64,000 nt of DNA from an uncultured Acidimicrobiaceae bacterium (GTDB lineage Bacteria; Actinomycetota; Acidimicrobiia; Acidimicrobiales; RAAP-2). The notes beneath the pieces were generated by a model. That model saw only the letters and a program-made list of their open reading frames with translations, had not been told where the DNA came from and did not search any database. How positions within the stretch are numbered: the stretch's first letter is position 1; each line of letters begins with the position of its first letter. This document shows positions 55,396-63,844 of this stretch, piece after piece. The stretch covers positions 22,839-86,838 of the forward strand of contig CAWGPG010000003.1 of assembly GCA_963824445.1 (NCBI GenBank), read 5' to 3'. The position numbers were made by a program, and so were the translations under genes.

Positions 55396-56009
55396 GAATG
55401 TGCCGATCTCTCATTTTGATAGAGCTGCCTTGTGAGCTGGATCTGACCAAGATGTTCACAGGCGTGGCCATAGTTTCCGACCAACCAGGTGAGCCCTGAA
55501 CGCAACTCTTCGGCTGGAAGTGTTGGAAGGGCGAAGACTGAGTTCAGACGATCGGAATCGATCTGCGGTCTCACGGTGGTCATGAGCTCGTCTGCCCCGT
55601 CAAGAAGAGCAAACGCTTCTCCCATGGTGAGCTCGCTGCCGGCGAACTCGGCATCCCGGTCGCGTGCGGATGGCAAGGCCGCCACGCAGCGAAGAGTCTC
55701 GTCCTCAGAGCCGACAAGGTGCGTGAGGATGGTGGCAATGGAGTTCGAACCCACGACGGGGGCCCAGTTGAGGGCATTGGAGTCAAGCCCATTGATCTCC
55801 TTGCGTAACTGATCATGAACCTGATTGAAGAGCGCAAGCATTGCGGTCGCCACGTTTCCATGGCCGGATGCCCCGGGGAGTGACATGACCAATTCTGCCA
55901 CTCTGCCGACGTCACCAGGCACTTGTTGAGTGATGGCGTCTGCGTCGGACAGGCCGATGGAGCAAACCACTGATCCATGGTCATCAGGCTGGAATCGTGG
56001 TAGATACAT
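55392..56009 (-). CDS. DinB-like (DinB_2/DUF664) family protein
   Basis: 205 aa. ..MLALFNQVHDQLRKEINGLD..ILTHLVGSED..WLVGNYGHACEHLGQIQLTRQL follows the four-helix DinB pattern with His residues. An alternative start is ATG 55886. Confidence 0.6.
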   Translation of the reverse strand: MYLPRFQPDDHGSVVCSIGLSDADAITQQVPGDVGRVAELVMSLPGASGHGNVATAMLALFNQVHDQLRKEINGLDSNALNWAPVVGSNSIATILTHLVGSEDETLRCVAALPSARDRDAEFAGSELTMGEAFALLDGADELMTTVRPQIDSDRLNSVFALPTLPAEELRSGLTWLVGNYGHACEHLGQIQLTRQLYQNERSAHS

Positions 56010-56395
56010 GCATCTGACACGCCGATCGCTCCTGAAAGCGAGCCATTGACGGCTCCTCGTCCATGCAGTCGATCGGGATGATCAAGCCGGTGAACAAGAG
56101 CAGATCAATTGGTCCTCGCCCAGCACCTGAGAGGCGATGTCAACATCGCCTGACTTTCCGTAGCGCGTCGTTGTGCTTGCGGGGACCATGACAGGGTAGT
56201 GGGCACTCGGAACACCTGTCGGACCCAACAATTGCCGCGAGAGGCCGATCCGAGCTCTGCGACAGTTCGGGTACGGCCCCTGTAACACGGCACCCGAAAA
56301 CGCCATCAGCTCCCTGACACTCGACCAAGTCGCTGCTGATCCGTAGACTGAGATCCTCCAGCGAGATCGTTCGTGTCGGCTCTAGGGCGGACAAT

Positions 56396-56902
56396 ATGAA
56401 GGGAGCTCGCGTGCCAACTCCACCGACAATTTCTGAGGGATCACAGGGCGAAGTGGTCGAATGGGCCCAGTACCTCTTGGTCCGCTTTGCTCTGAGCGAC
56501 AACCAGATCGACGGGATCTTTGGTCCGATCACAAAGGCAGCGGTGGAGGAGTTCCAAACGGGTAAGAATCTTGCCGTCGACGGGATAGTGGGACCGGTCA
56601 CGTGGGGAGCGTTGGGCGGTGACGGGCCTCAGCCACCTACTCTCCAGGAGGGGTCCACGGGGGCTCTGGTCGAGAAGCTTCAGACAGCAGTGAACGAGAT
56701 CGCTGAACCCCCCCGACCCCCCTTGGTGGTCGACGGAGACTTCGGGCCCCTCACCGCGGCTGCTGTGAGGGGTGTGCAACAAGGGGGCGGGATAGAGGTT
56801 GACGGTGTGGTCGGGCTGCAGACTTGGGCACTGCCTGTCGGGGCAGCGGGCCGGGTGATCGCCGACGAGTGTGGCGTCACGCCGCCATGGACCGGCGTCT
56901 AG
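56396..56902 (+). CDS. Tandem peptidoglycan-binding (PG_binding_1) domain protein with no evident signal peptide
   Basis: 168 aa with two repeats: GEVVEWAQYLL..IDGIFGPITKAAVEEFQ..LAVDGIVGPVTWGAL and GALVEKLQ..VVDGDFGPLTAAAVRGVQ..IEVDGVVGLQTWA. Confidence 0.75.
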   Translation: MKGARVPTPPTISEGSQGEVVEWAQYLLVRFALSDNQIDGIFGPITKAAVEEFQTGKNLAVDGIVGPVTWGALGGDGPQPPTLQEGSTGALVEKLQTAVNEIAEPPRPPLVVDGDFGPLTAAAVRGVQQGGGIEVDGVVGLQTWALPVGAAGRVIADECGVTPPWTGV

Positions 56903-57080
56903 CCTGCTCGTCGTCGTAGCCTTTCGAGATCGCACGATCCGGCTCGTTCGCCGCCCTCAGGGTTTCCCACTCGCAAGCGATCGCTATGAAGGCCACCAAG
57001 AATGGTGCTCCTGACCTCCAGGATAGGTTCACCCCAGCGTCTCGTCGACGGAGCGTTCGGGGGTAGCTCATATCACACGA

Positions 57081-57716
57081 TCAGGGACAGCTCTGATCCT
57101 TTGGACCGGGCGGCTGCCACGACGCGGTCAGAGACCAAGTGCTGGACCCATTCGGTACTGCGTACACGAAGGCATCTATGTGTGGACCTCCATGCACAGT
57201 CCGAGTCCAGTGCGGTACGAGGCCCTGACCATGCGTGATACGCATCGGTGCGAACCTCCAGCCCTCCTGCTCGAGAACCGCCCCAACCTGGCTGGTTACC
57301 ACGTCTGCGTCCTCGGCATCAGAGAAGTTGACGAAGACCGAGGCTTCGTTCCAACCAGCATGAGCATTCGGAAAAGAAGGGCAGGCAGGTCCCCATTTCG
57401 AATCCGTGGCACGCTGGCTCATCCGGGTCGACCCGGACGGAAGCGCCCGTTCGACGGTCTCCATGACCTTCAACACACTGCCGTTCGGATCGCCTCCTGG
57501 GTGGTCCGAACGGCGGCTCCACCACACGGAGACGCCTGTCGCCATAACGACAACGAGAACTCCGGCAATCAACCACGATCTTCCTCTGGCCGAACTCGGC
57601 CGTCCTCGAGAGGCCTTGACGTTCGTTGGTGGGATCGTCCAATCGATCTTGGGAGTTGGTTGTTTGCTCAGCACGAAACAACCTTTCGGAGGGGCCGCTC
57701 TGGACTCAGTCTTCAC
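57081..57716 (-). CDS. Membrane-anchored hypothetical protein
   Basis: 211 aa with a single TM segment (SWLIAGVLVVVMATGVSVWW) and a ~150-aa extracytoplasmic domain. It overlaps the HAD gene by 11 nt. I recognise no family. Confidence 0.45.
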   Translation of the reverse strand: MKTESRAAPPKGCFVLSKQPTPKIDWTIPPTNVKASRGRPSSARGRSWLIAGVLVVVMATGVSVWWSRRSDHPGGDPNGSVLKVMETVERALPSGSTRMSQRATDSKWGPACPSFPNAHAGWNEASVFVNFSDAEDADVVTSQVGAVLEQEGWRFAPMRITHGQGLVPHWTRTVHGGPHIDAFVYAVPNGSSTWSLTASWQPPGPKDQSCP

Positions 57717-58356
57717 GGCCGTATGGGATTCCCTCCCAGGCGCTCAGCAGCCCCGAGTCCTTGAGCACTGCCACCACCTCATCGAGGCCTCGGACTTGTT
57801 CAGACCGGAATCCGAAAGAGCGGGCCGCATCGACATTCACACCCAGATCGTCCAAGAAGAGCACCCGGGCGGGGTTATACGGCAGGTGGTCGGCAACGGC
57901 TAGGTAGATCGCAATGTCGGGTTTCCTTAGACCCAGTTCGAAGGAAAGAAATCGGTGATCGAAGATCTCAAGCACTGGCCACCGTGCACTCTGATCCTCC
58001 CAGTGCAAGGCGTTCGTGTTGCTCAAGCATCCGATCGCTACGGTCTGCTGAAGCCCCAAGAGAAGCTCAGCGGTACCGCGATAGGGGCCGATCGGCCATG
58101 CTTGGAGGATCCCTAACCACTGCGCTGGCGTGATGTCGACCCCCCAGTCGGCGACGACTCCGGTCGAAAACTCCTTCGCCGAGCATTCGCCTGTCTCAAA
58201 TCGTCGTATCCAGGGTTCCAAGATCCGCTGCCATGCATCTGTGTGACCGTGGAACCCGGTCAACACTTGGAGGTCAGGCAAATTCCCGAGTTCGATCAGA
58301 ACTCCACCGAGGTCGAACAGGACGTACTCGATATCGGACTCCCTTACGGGACTCAA
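57706..58356 (-). CDS. HAD superfamily hydrolase (subfamily IA-like)
   Basis: 216 aa. Starts at TTG 58356. Motif I is YVLFDLGGVLIEL, followed by LSNTN and VLFLDDLGVNVDAAR. Confidence 0.8.
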   Translation of the reverse strand: MSPVRESDIEYVLFDLGGVLIELGNLPDLQVLTGFHGHTDAWQRILEPWIRRFETGECSAKEFSTGVVADWGVDITPAQWLGILQAWPIGPYRGTAELLLGLQQTVAIGCLSNTNALHWEDQSARWPVLEIFDHRFLSFELGLRKPDIAIYLAVADHLPYNPARVLFLDDLGVNVDAARSFGFRSEQVRGLDEVVAVLKDSGLLSAWEGIPYGRED

Positions 58357-58907
58357 GTTACTGCCCCCGTCGCAACAATGGTTCGACGACGACCCATGAC
58401 GTCGAGATCGAGTACGTCGAACAGCCCGACAGGACCCCTGTCCGGCAGCGAACGGGACCCGAACGTCACCGAGTCGTTATCGAACACAGCGGCAGGCTAG
58501 CCATTGCGCGGCGCGGCGCGTGTTCCTGCTGGTGCGGGTCCTGCAACACCGCACCTACGGCTTCGTTTGGACGCCGTCACTCCGAGCCATGGTCGCCGGT
58601 GACCAAGTGAGTAGCGCCAGCCGATAGCGCCAGGCTCGAGGCAAACGGGAGCCGGATCTCCTCACGTTCCGCTGAACGAAGTGACCAATTTGTCGAGCAT
58701 GATGTAGTCGTTCGCCATCCTCTCCGTCGAAGGCATTGCCAGGGTGGAGCCGCTGTGAGCGTGCGGACCTCGACCTGCTTCGATGAGGGCGCCAGCAATG
58801 GACGGCCCTCCTGCATGCCGGATCGCTCCGTTTCAAAGGAAATAAGGAGCACCACGCTCACTTATACGCGAGCATGGTGCTGCGATGAACGATCAAGGCG
58901 GGCGCAC

Positions 58908-59417
58908 ATGTCGATCAAACTGAGATTACTTGTTGCAATGTCCGGCTTACTCATCATCGCGGGGAGTACAACGCTGCTCTCGGCCGCACCGCTTGCCAGT
59001 GCTGCGGCACACCGAGTCCACCCCACGGTGGATTGCACCCCGACGACCGTGCCAAGAATCACGTCGGTCAGCAGGGTTCTTGCGAAGAAGACTCAGACGA
59101 TCACGATCACGGGCACGTGCTTCGGCAGAGGGAACACGTTCACCGGCTCAGATAACCAGTGGTTCCAGCTCACGGACGAGACTCGCAACTGGAACGGCTG
59201 TCACATCGCGGCAAACAACTACGACTCAGTGACGTGCACCGTCACCGAGTGGACCAACCATCAGATCGTCTTTTCTGGGTACACCGGAGAGTATGGGTCT
59301 GTCTACAAGCTTCGGCCCGGTAACCGCGTCAGGGTCTCGGTCTGGAATCTGAATTTGGATTCCAAGCAGGTCGACTCGACGAAGACCGCCGGGAACTGGT
59401 TGGTCACCGTGCATTGA
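58908..59417 (+). CDS. Small secreted 4-Cys protein, IPT/TIG-like beta-sandwich
   Basis: In-frame part of ORF 58755..59417 from ATG 58908. The signal peptide is MSIKLRLLVAMSGLLIIAGSTTLLSAAPLASA/AAH. PRITSVSRVLAKKTQTITITGTCFGRGN resembles an IPT/TIG domain. Confidence 0.55.
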   Translation: MSIKLRLLVAMSGLLIIAGSTTLLSAAPLASAAAHRVHPTVDCTPTTVPRITSVSRVLAKKTQTITITGTCFGRGNTFTGSDNQWFQLTDETRNWNGCHIAANNYDSVTCTVTEWTNHQIVFSGYTGEYGSVYKLRPGNRVRVSVWNLNLDSKQVDSTKTAGNWLVTVH

Positions 59418-59748
59418 GCCGCTGGTAGACGTACACCGCTCCACGACGACAAGATCTCAATTATCTGTTGGTCCGGGTGTCGGACGGGTCGACTGAGGCG
59501 CTCACCAATTTCGTCAGGCGTCCTGGACTGGGACGCGATCCGGTGCCGGAGGGATGCTTCCCGAGGACCTTTGGTTGCCGTTGGTGTGAGCAGTACTGAA
59601 AGGATTGAAAGGTTCTCTCGGCTTCGACCCCCACACGGAGCGTTTTTCATATCTGGCGCGGTGAGATCCCGCTGCACTCTTGCGCTCAGGCCGTGTGTTC
59701 GATGATACTTCCGGTCCATTTTGTGCTGTCCGTACAGTTTCGGACCAG

Positions 59749-61017
59749 ATGAGAGGGGCAAGTGCGTTGTTTCGTAGCATCTGTGTAGATCGTCGCAGGT
59801 CGCTGTTCGGACGTCCTGCTGGCGGATCATCCACATGGTTGTCGAGGATCACAGTTGCCTTCGCGGCGGCGCTGGTGGCGACGATCACGATGCTGCTGCC
59901 AAGCGGATCCGTCGGGGCTGCCGACCGAGGCGCAAACGGGGTCATCGCTTTCTCCCACGGCAACGGTCAAATCGCGATCCTTTCCTCCGGCGGAGAAACC
60001 GTCCTCAACCCGAATGGGCCGAGGCAGACCCGGCCCGCTTTCTCGCCTGACGGCACCAGAATCGCCTATATCTCCGGGTATCACTTGTGGATCATGAACG
60101 CCGACGGGTCTAAGCCCCGCGCTGTACCCGTAACGGGCAATCCGTTGGAGGACGATCCCGCCTGGTCTCCGGATGCCACAAAGTTGGCCTACATCAATGG
60201 TAACGACGGCCAGATCTACACGGTGTCGTCGGCAGGAGGGAAACCCAGGCAAATCACCACCGGCCTGAGCCCCGCCGATCTCAAATGGTCCCCGACGTCG
60301 AAGCTCATCGCCTTTGACGCGTCGGATGTCCACGGCACCGGCTTCCGCCAGGTATTCACGGTCAATATCACCAATTCGCAGGTGGATCGACTCACATCGG
60401 GCTCGTGCAACAGCGACCAGCCAGATTGGTCACCCGACGCAACCGAGATCGCATTCAGCACAGCCTGTTTCGACGGAGATAGCAACATCGCAACAATGCC
60501 CTCAAGCGGAGCGGCGCCCAGTCCGGTGGCCCTTTACATCGTCGCCGACGCGTACGTGCCATCGTGGTCTCCGGACGGAACCGTGATTGTCTTTTCCGCC
60601 AATGAGGGCCAAGGATCGAATCAGCTGTGGGAGGCATCACCCAGCACGGTCGGTGATGACAAGACGGTGACTGCGACCCGATTGACCGACGATCCCGGAC
60701 AGCCATACAACACCATGCCGACGTGGCAGCCGGTCCATCACCCACTCATCGGTGCCGAGCCGGCCGCTGGATCACCTCGGACCTCGGTCACGCTCTCGGC
60801 GACAGACTTTCTGTCGTCCCAGAAGGTCAAGGTGAGCTTCATCGACAGAAAAGGGACCAAGACCAAGGTCGCTTCCCTCACCACGAGCGCCTCAGGTGGA
60901 TTCTCCGTCTCCGTTGCCGTTCCCAGCGGCGCGGCGCTAGGCAAAGCCAAGTTCAAAGCGACCGGAGTCGGCGGATTGACCACGGCCGGCGCCTTCACCG
61001 TCACAGCGCCCTCATAG
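59749..61017 (+). CDS. TolB-like WD40/PD40 beta-propeller protein with a C-terminal Ig-like domain, secreted
   Basis: ORF 59680..61017 with repeated PD40-type units (PAFSPDGTRIAYIS, PAWSPDATKLAYIN, LKWSPTSKLIAFDA, PDWSPDATEIAFST, PSWSPDGTVIVFSA). It has an N-terminal hydrophobic segment. The start is uncertain. Confidence 0.75.
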   Translation: MRGASALFRSICVDRRRSLFGRPAGGSSTWLSRITVAFAAALVATITMLLPSGSVGAADRGANGVIAFSHGNGQIAILSSGGETVLNPNGPRQTRPAFSPDGTRIAYISGYHLWIMNADGSKPRAVPVTGNPLEDDPAWSPDATKLAYINGNDGQIYTVSSAGGKPRQITTGLSPADLKWSPTSKLIAFDASDVHGTGFRQVFTVNITNSQVDRLTSGSCNSDQPDWSPDATEIAFSTACFDGDSNIATMPSSGAAPSPVALYIVADAYVPSWSPDGTVIVFSANEGQGSNQLWEASPSTVGDDKTVTATRLTDDPGQPYNTMPTWQPVHHPLIGAEPAAGSPRTSVTLSATDFLSSQKVKVSFIDRKGTKTKVASLTTSASGGFSVSVAVPSGAALGKAKFKATGVGGLTTAGAFTVTAPS

Positions 61018-61268
61018 GCGGTATGGAGGGGCCGGCTCGTTCGTTGACTGACGAGAACGTCATCGCCGTACCCTCTCTCCCATGTCTGCCGCTGACATGG
61101 ACCGCGCGGTCAGTCGCGCCGTTTGGCGACCGATTGTTCAGGTCTGGTTGGGTCCAGATCGCTGAACTCGACCTGACCGACCGACTCCTCTCGCTGTCAC
61201 AGCCTCGTCATCCCGGTGCAACAACGCGGGAGCAATGTCGACCCATTACACGAAGGAGGCTGTTCGTG

Positions 61269-61652
61269 ATGAGACGACTCGCGGCAACCCTGGCGGGCCT
61301 CGCCTTGACGGCGACCCTCGGACTGGCGGAAGCCGGCACGGCTTCGGCCGCGACGCCGGCGCTCCACATCCACAATGGCGCAACTTGGACGCTCGAAGTG
61401 AAAGGGGCTGGGTGTGAAGCGGAGGTCTTCCAGTCCAACGGCACGTTCGTCTCGAAACTTGGCGGCGACGCGGGCACCTGGAGTGGTGGCGGATCGACAC
61501 TCAACATGGTCTGGACGTCGGGGGTCGTCACCGGCTTGACCTTCAGCAGCCACTTCGTTTCCACGACGACGCCGGTCGAGTACAAGGGCACCCTTGGAGG
61601 TCTCCGCACCGGCCACGCCAAGCTGGTCAAGAGAGCCGTGGCCGGCTGCTGA
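61269..61652 (+). CDS. Small secreted protein (127 aa), possible distant relative of the 4-Cys family
   Basis: In-frame part of ORF 60723..61652. GAAGGAGG lies 7-10 nt before GTG 61266 / ATG 61269. The signal peptide is MRRLAATLAGLALTATLGLAEAGTASA/ATP, and the mature part contains SGGGSTLNMVWTSG. Confidence 0.55.
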   Translation: MRRLAATLAGLALTATLGLAEAGTASAATPALHIHNGATWTLEVKGAGCEAEVFQSNGTFVSKLGGDAGTWSGGGSTLNMVWTSGVVTGLTFSSHFVSTTTPVEYKGTLGGLRTGHAKLVKRAVAGC

Positions 61653-61811
61653 ACCTTCCACAGCTGTGGCGAAGCCCCGGACGCCTTACTCGATCGTCTT
61701 GCACCAGAGTCGCAGCACCGCGTTTGGATTCGGGTGTGCTGTGAGATCGGGCGAGCGCGGGTCAAAGAGATCCAGTTCTCCATCGGGAGACGGTGAGACG
61801 CGGCTGATTAC

Positions 61812-62441
61812 TCAGCCGTAGGTGGGATACTGCGGCCATCCCGCAGGGGAGTCCTCCCAATCCTCCTGACGTCCGTATGCCGCGAGATCCAAAACGTTGT
61901 GCACGAACAGCATGCGGTCCACGCCTCGGTGTGTGGTCGAATAAGTCCTATACACCTCCTGACCGTCCGTGAGGAACAGGCTCAGCAGGAATCCCCCATC
62001 GACGCCGCAGTCGGCCGCGAAGGTGGTCCCATGCGAGGATGCGAACGGCACATCCCAGCCTTTGAGACGCCAGTAGGAGGACATTTGTTCGAGTGGCATG
62101 TCCGAGACCGTGCGCCAGCTGACACCATTCTTGGATAGCGTTGCCAGGGCCGCGATGTTGTTTGTGAAATTAGTGCACCCCGGACAGAAGCTTTCCGGGC
62201 CCACGTCCATGAACTGGTAGACGGCCAGCTGTGATTGGCCCACGAAGAAGTCCAAGAGTCGTTGGGGGCCTTGCGTCGTTTCGAAGGCGTACTTGTCGTT
62301 GTCGATGCGCACCATCGGGAGTCGTCGCCGCTTTGCTGCGATGGCGTCGAGTCGACGTGTGGCTTCCTTTTCCGTCACCAAGAGGGCATCGCGCTCCCGA
62401 CGCCACTCCTCCTCCGACACGATTGTTGGCATGCTGGTCAT
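61812..62441 (-). CDS. DUF899 thioredoxin-like family protein
   Basis: 209 aa. Motifs: EEWRRERDALLVTEKEATRRLDAIAAKRRRLPMVRI.., QLAVYQFM..CPGCT, WRLKGWDVPFASS. Confidence 0.75.
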   Translation of the reverse strand: MTSMPTIVSEEEWRRERDALLVTEKEATRRLDAIAAKRRRLPMVRIDNDKYAFETTQGPQRLLDFFVGQSQLAVYQFMDVGPESFCPGCTNFTNNIAALATLSKNGVSWRTVSDMPLEQMSSYWRLKGWDVPFASSHGTTFAADCGVDGGFLLSLFLTDGQEVYRTYSTTHRGVDRMLFVHNVLDLAAYGRQEDWEDSPAGWPQYPTYG

Positions 62442-62691
62442 TGGGACCTCCAGTGCGTCACGGCGGCGATACCACGTTACCTAAGGGGTCCCACCAGGAG
62501 TGTCCTGCGGTGTCGGAGGGCCAGATGAGCGAAAGCCGACTGGCGGCTCCACAACTGGGACCTGCGATAGTAGGTGGGCCCGCTGTCGCCTCGGTCGATT
62601 CTGGCGGCACAGCACCCTCGAACAGCATCAAGATTCTCAAGCACGCTTGCCACCGGTGCAGCGCAGTGCGACGAAGAGAAGGCAAACGATC

Positions 62692-63819
62692 ATGACGTTC
62701 ATTCCCTACGACCGCCCGATCCGGGCTGCATTCGTCGGTCTCGGTCGCATCTACGACCTAAACGTTCGAGCCTACCGAGGCAACCCGGACGTCGAGGTCG
62801 TTGCTCTCGTTGATCCTGATCCGCGGCGTCGCGCCCAACGCCAAGCCGAGTGGCCCCGGGCAAGCGTGTTCGCCACGGCGGCTGATCTCGCGTCGAGTGG
62901 CCTGGCGGTCGATGCTGCCGAGGTTCTGCTTCCCAGCCCGCTCCATGTCCAAGGGGTCCGTGAGATGCTCGGCTACGGCTGGCATCTGAACTTGCAGAAG
63001 CCGATGTGTAGTGAGCTCGGCGAGGCCTACCAGATGCTCGAAGCGACAAGAGTCAACGACCGCGTCCTGCGGGTGATGGAGAATTATCTGTTCTATGAGC
63101 CGTTGCGGAAGTTGAAGGAGACGGTCGAGTCGGGGTCCCTCGGAGCAGTGAGCGGATACCACATGAAGATGGTTGGCAGCGGTCGTGGTGGCTGGGACGT
63201 GCCTCGGTCCAGTTTCGAATGGCAGTTCGCACAGATGCGCCGCGGCCGGGGTATCTTGGTGTTCGACGACGGCTGGCACAAGTTCTCTACGGCGCTGTGG
63301 CTTTTCGGTCCATTGCGTGAGGTGCGGGCATGGGTGGGCAGCACCGAAGTCCTGCCAGACATCGAGATTGACGCGCCAACCACCATCGTCTGGGAACACC
63401 AGAACGGCATCCGCGGTGTGTGGGACATCACGTTGGCGCCTGACATGTATCTCCGGTCCGATTACTACACGAATGACGAAAGGTGGGAGGTCACTGGCCG
63501 TCTCGGCTACGCACGGGTGAACCGCTGCACGGGGCGGGGCATTCAACAACCCAGCCTCGAGACCTACGTTGACGGCGAGGTACGGGCATACCATGCGCTC
63601 GACGACGACTGGGCCAGCAGCTTCCGGGACTCCGGACGCCACTGGCTGCGCTGGCTCCGTACTGGGGAGGGTCCTTTGCTCTGGAGTGCAGAAGGGGCCG
63701 TCGAGGTGTTGCGGTTCGCGCTTGCCGTGTACGCAAGCAGTGCGGCGGGTGGCGTGGGCATCGACCCAGCACTGATTCCGGAGTCATCCTCGAAGCCGTC
63801 CCCGAGTGCCGAGCGGTGA
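62692..63819 (+). CDS. Gfo/Idh/MocA family oxidoreductase
   Basis: In-frame part of ORF 62500..63819 from ATG 62692: MTFIPYDRPIRAAFVGLGRIYDLNVRAY..VEVVALVDPD, a Rossmann N-terminus, with a typical C-terminal alpha/beta domain. Confidence 0.75.
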   Translation: MTFIPYDRPIRAAFVGLGRIYDLNVRAYRGNPDVEVVALVDPDPRRRAQRQAEWPRASVFATAADLASSGLAVDAAEVLLPSPLHVQGVREMLGYGWHLNLQKPMCSELGEAYQMLEATRVNDRVLRVMENYLFYEPLRKLKETVESGSLGAVSGYHMKMVGSGRGGWDVPRSSFEWQFAQMRRGRGILVFDDGWHKFSTALWLFGPLREVRAWVGSTEVLPDIEIDAPTTIVWEHQNGIRGVWDITLAPDMYLRSDYYTNDERWEVTGRLGYARVNRCTGRGIQQPSLETYVDGEVRAYHALDDDWASSFRDSGRHWLRWLRTGEGPLLWSAEGAVEVLRFALAVYASSAAGGVGIDPALIPESSSKPSPSAER

Positions 63820-63844
63820 TCTTGTCGCCCCATGCACTACCGGC

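Noticed and set aside
56010-56395. Gene remnant upstream of the DinB-like gene (74-aa ORF 56082..56306 ending ..GDVDIASQVLGEDQLICSCSPA*, continuing in another frame as ..LLFTGLIIPIDCMDEEPSMARF..)
   Set aside because: I recognised no family, the RBS spacing is poor, and joining the frames is speculative. It is left as an unexplained gap.
56877-57071. 64-aa minus-strand ORF just downstream of the 57081 gene, with one hydrophobic stretch
   Set aside because: It overlaps the 3' end of the convergent PG-binding gene, has no RBS, and its composition is not convincing.
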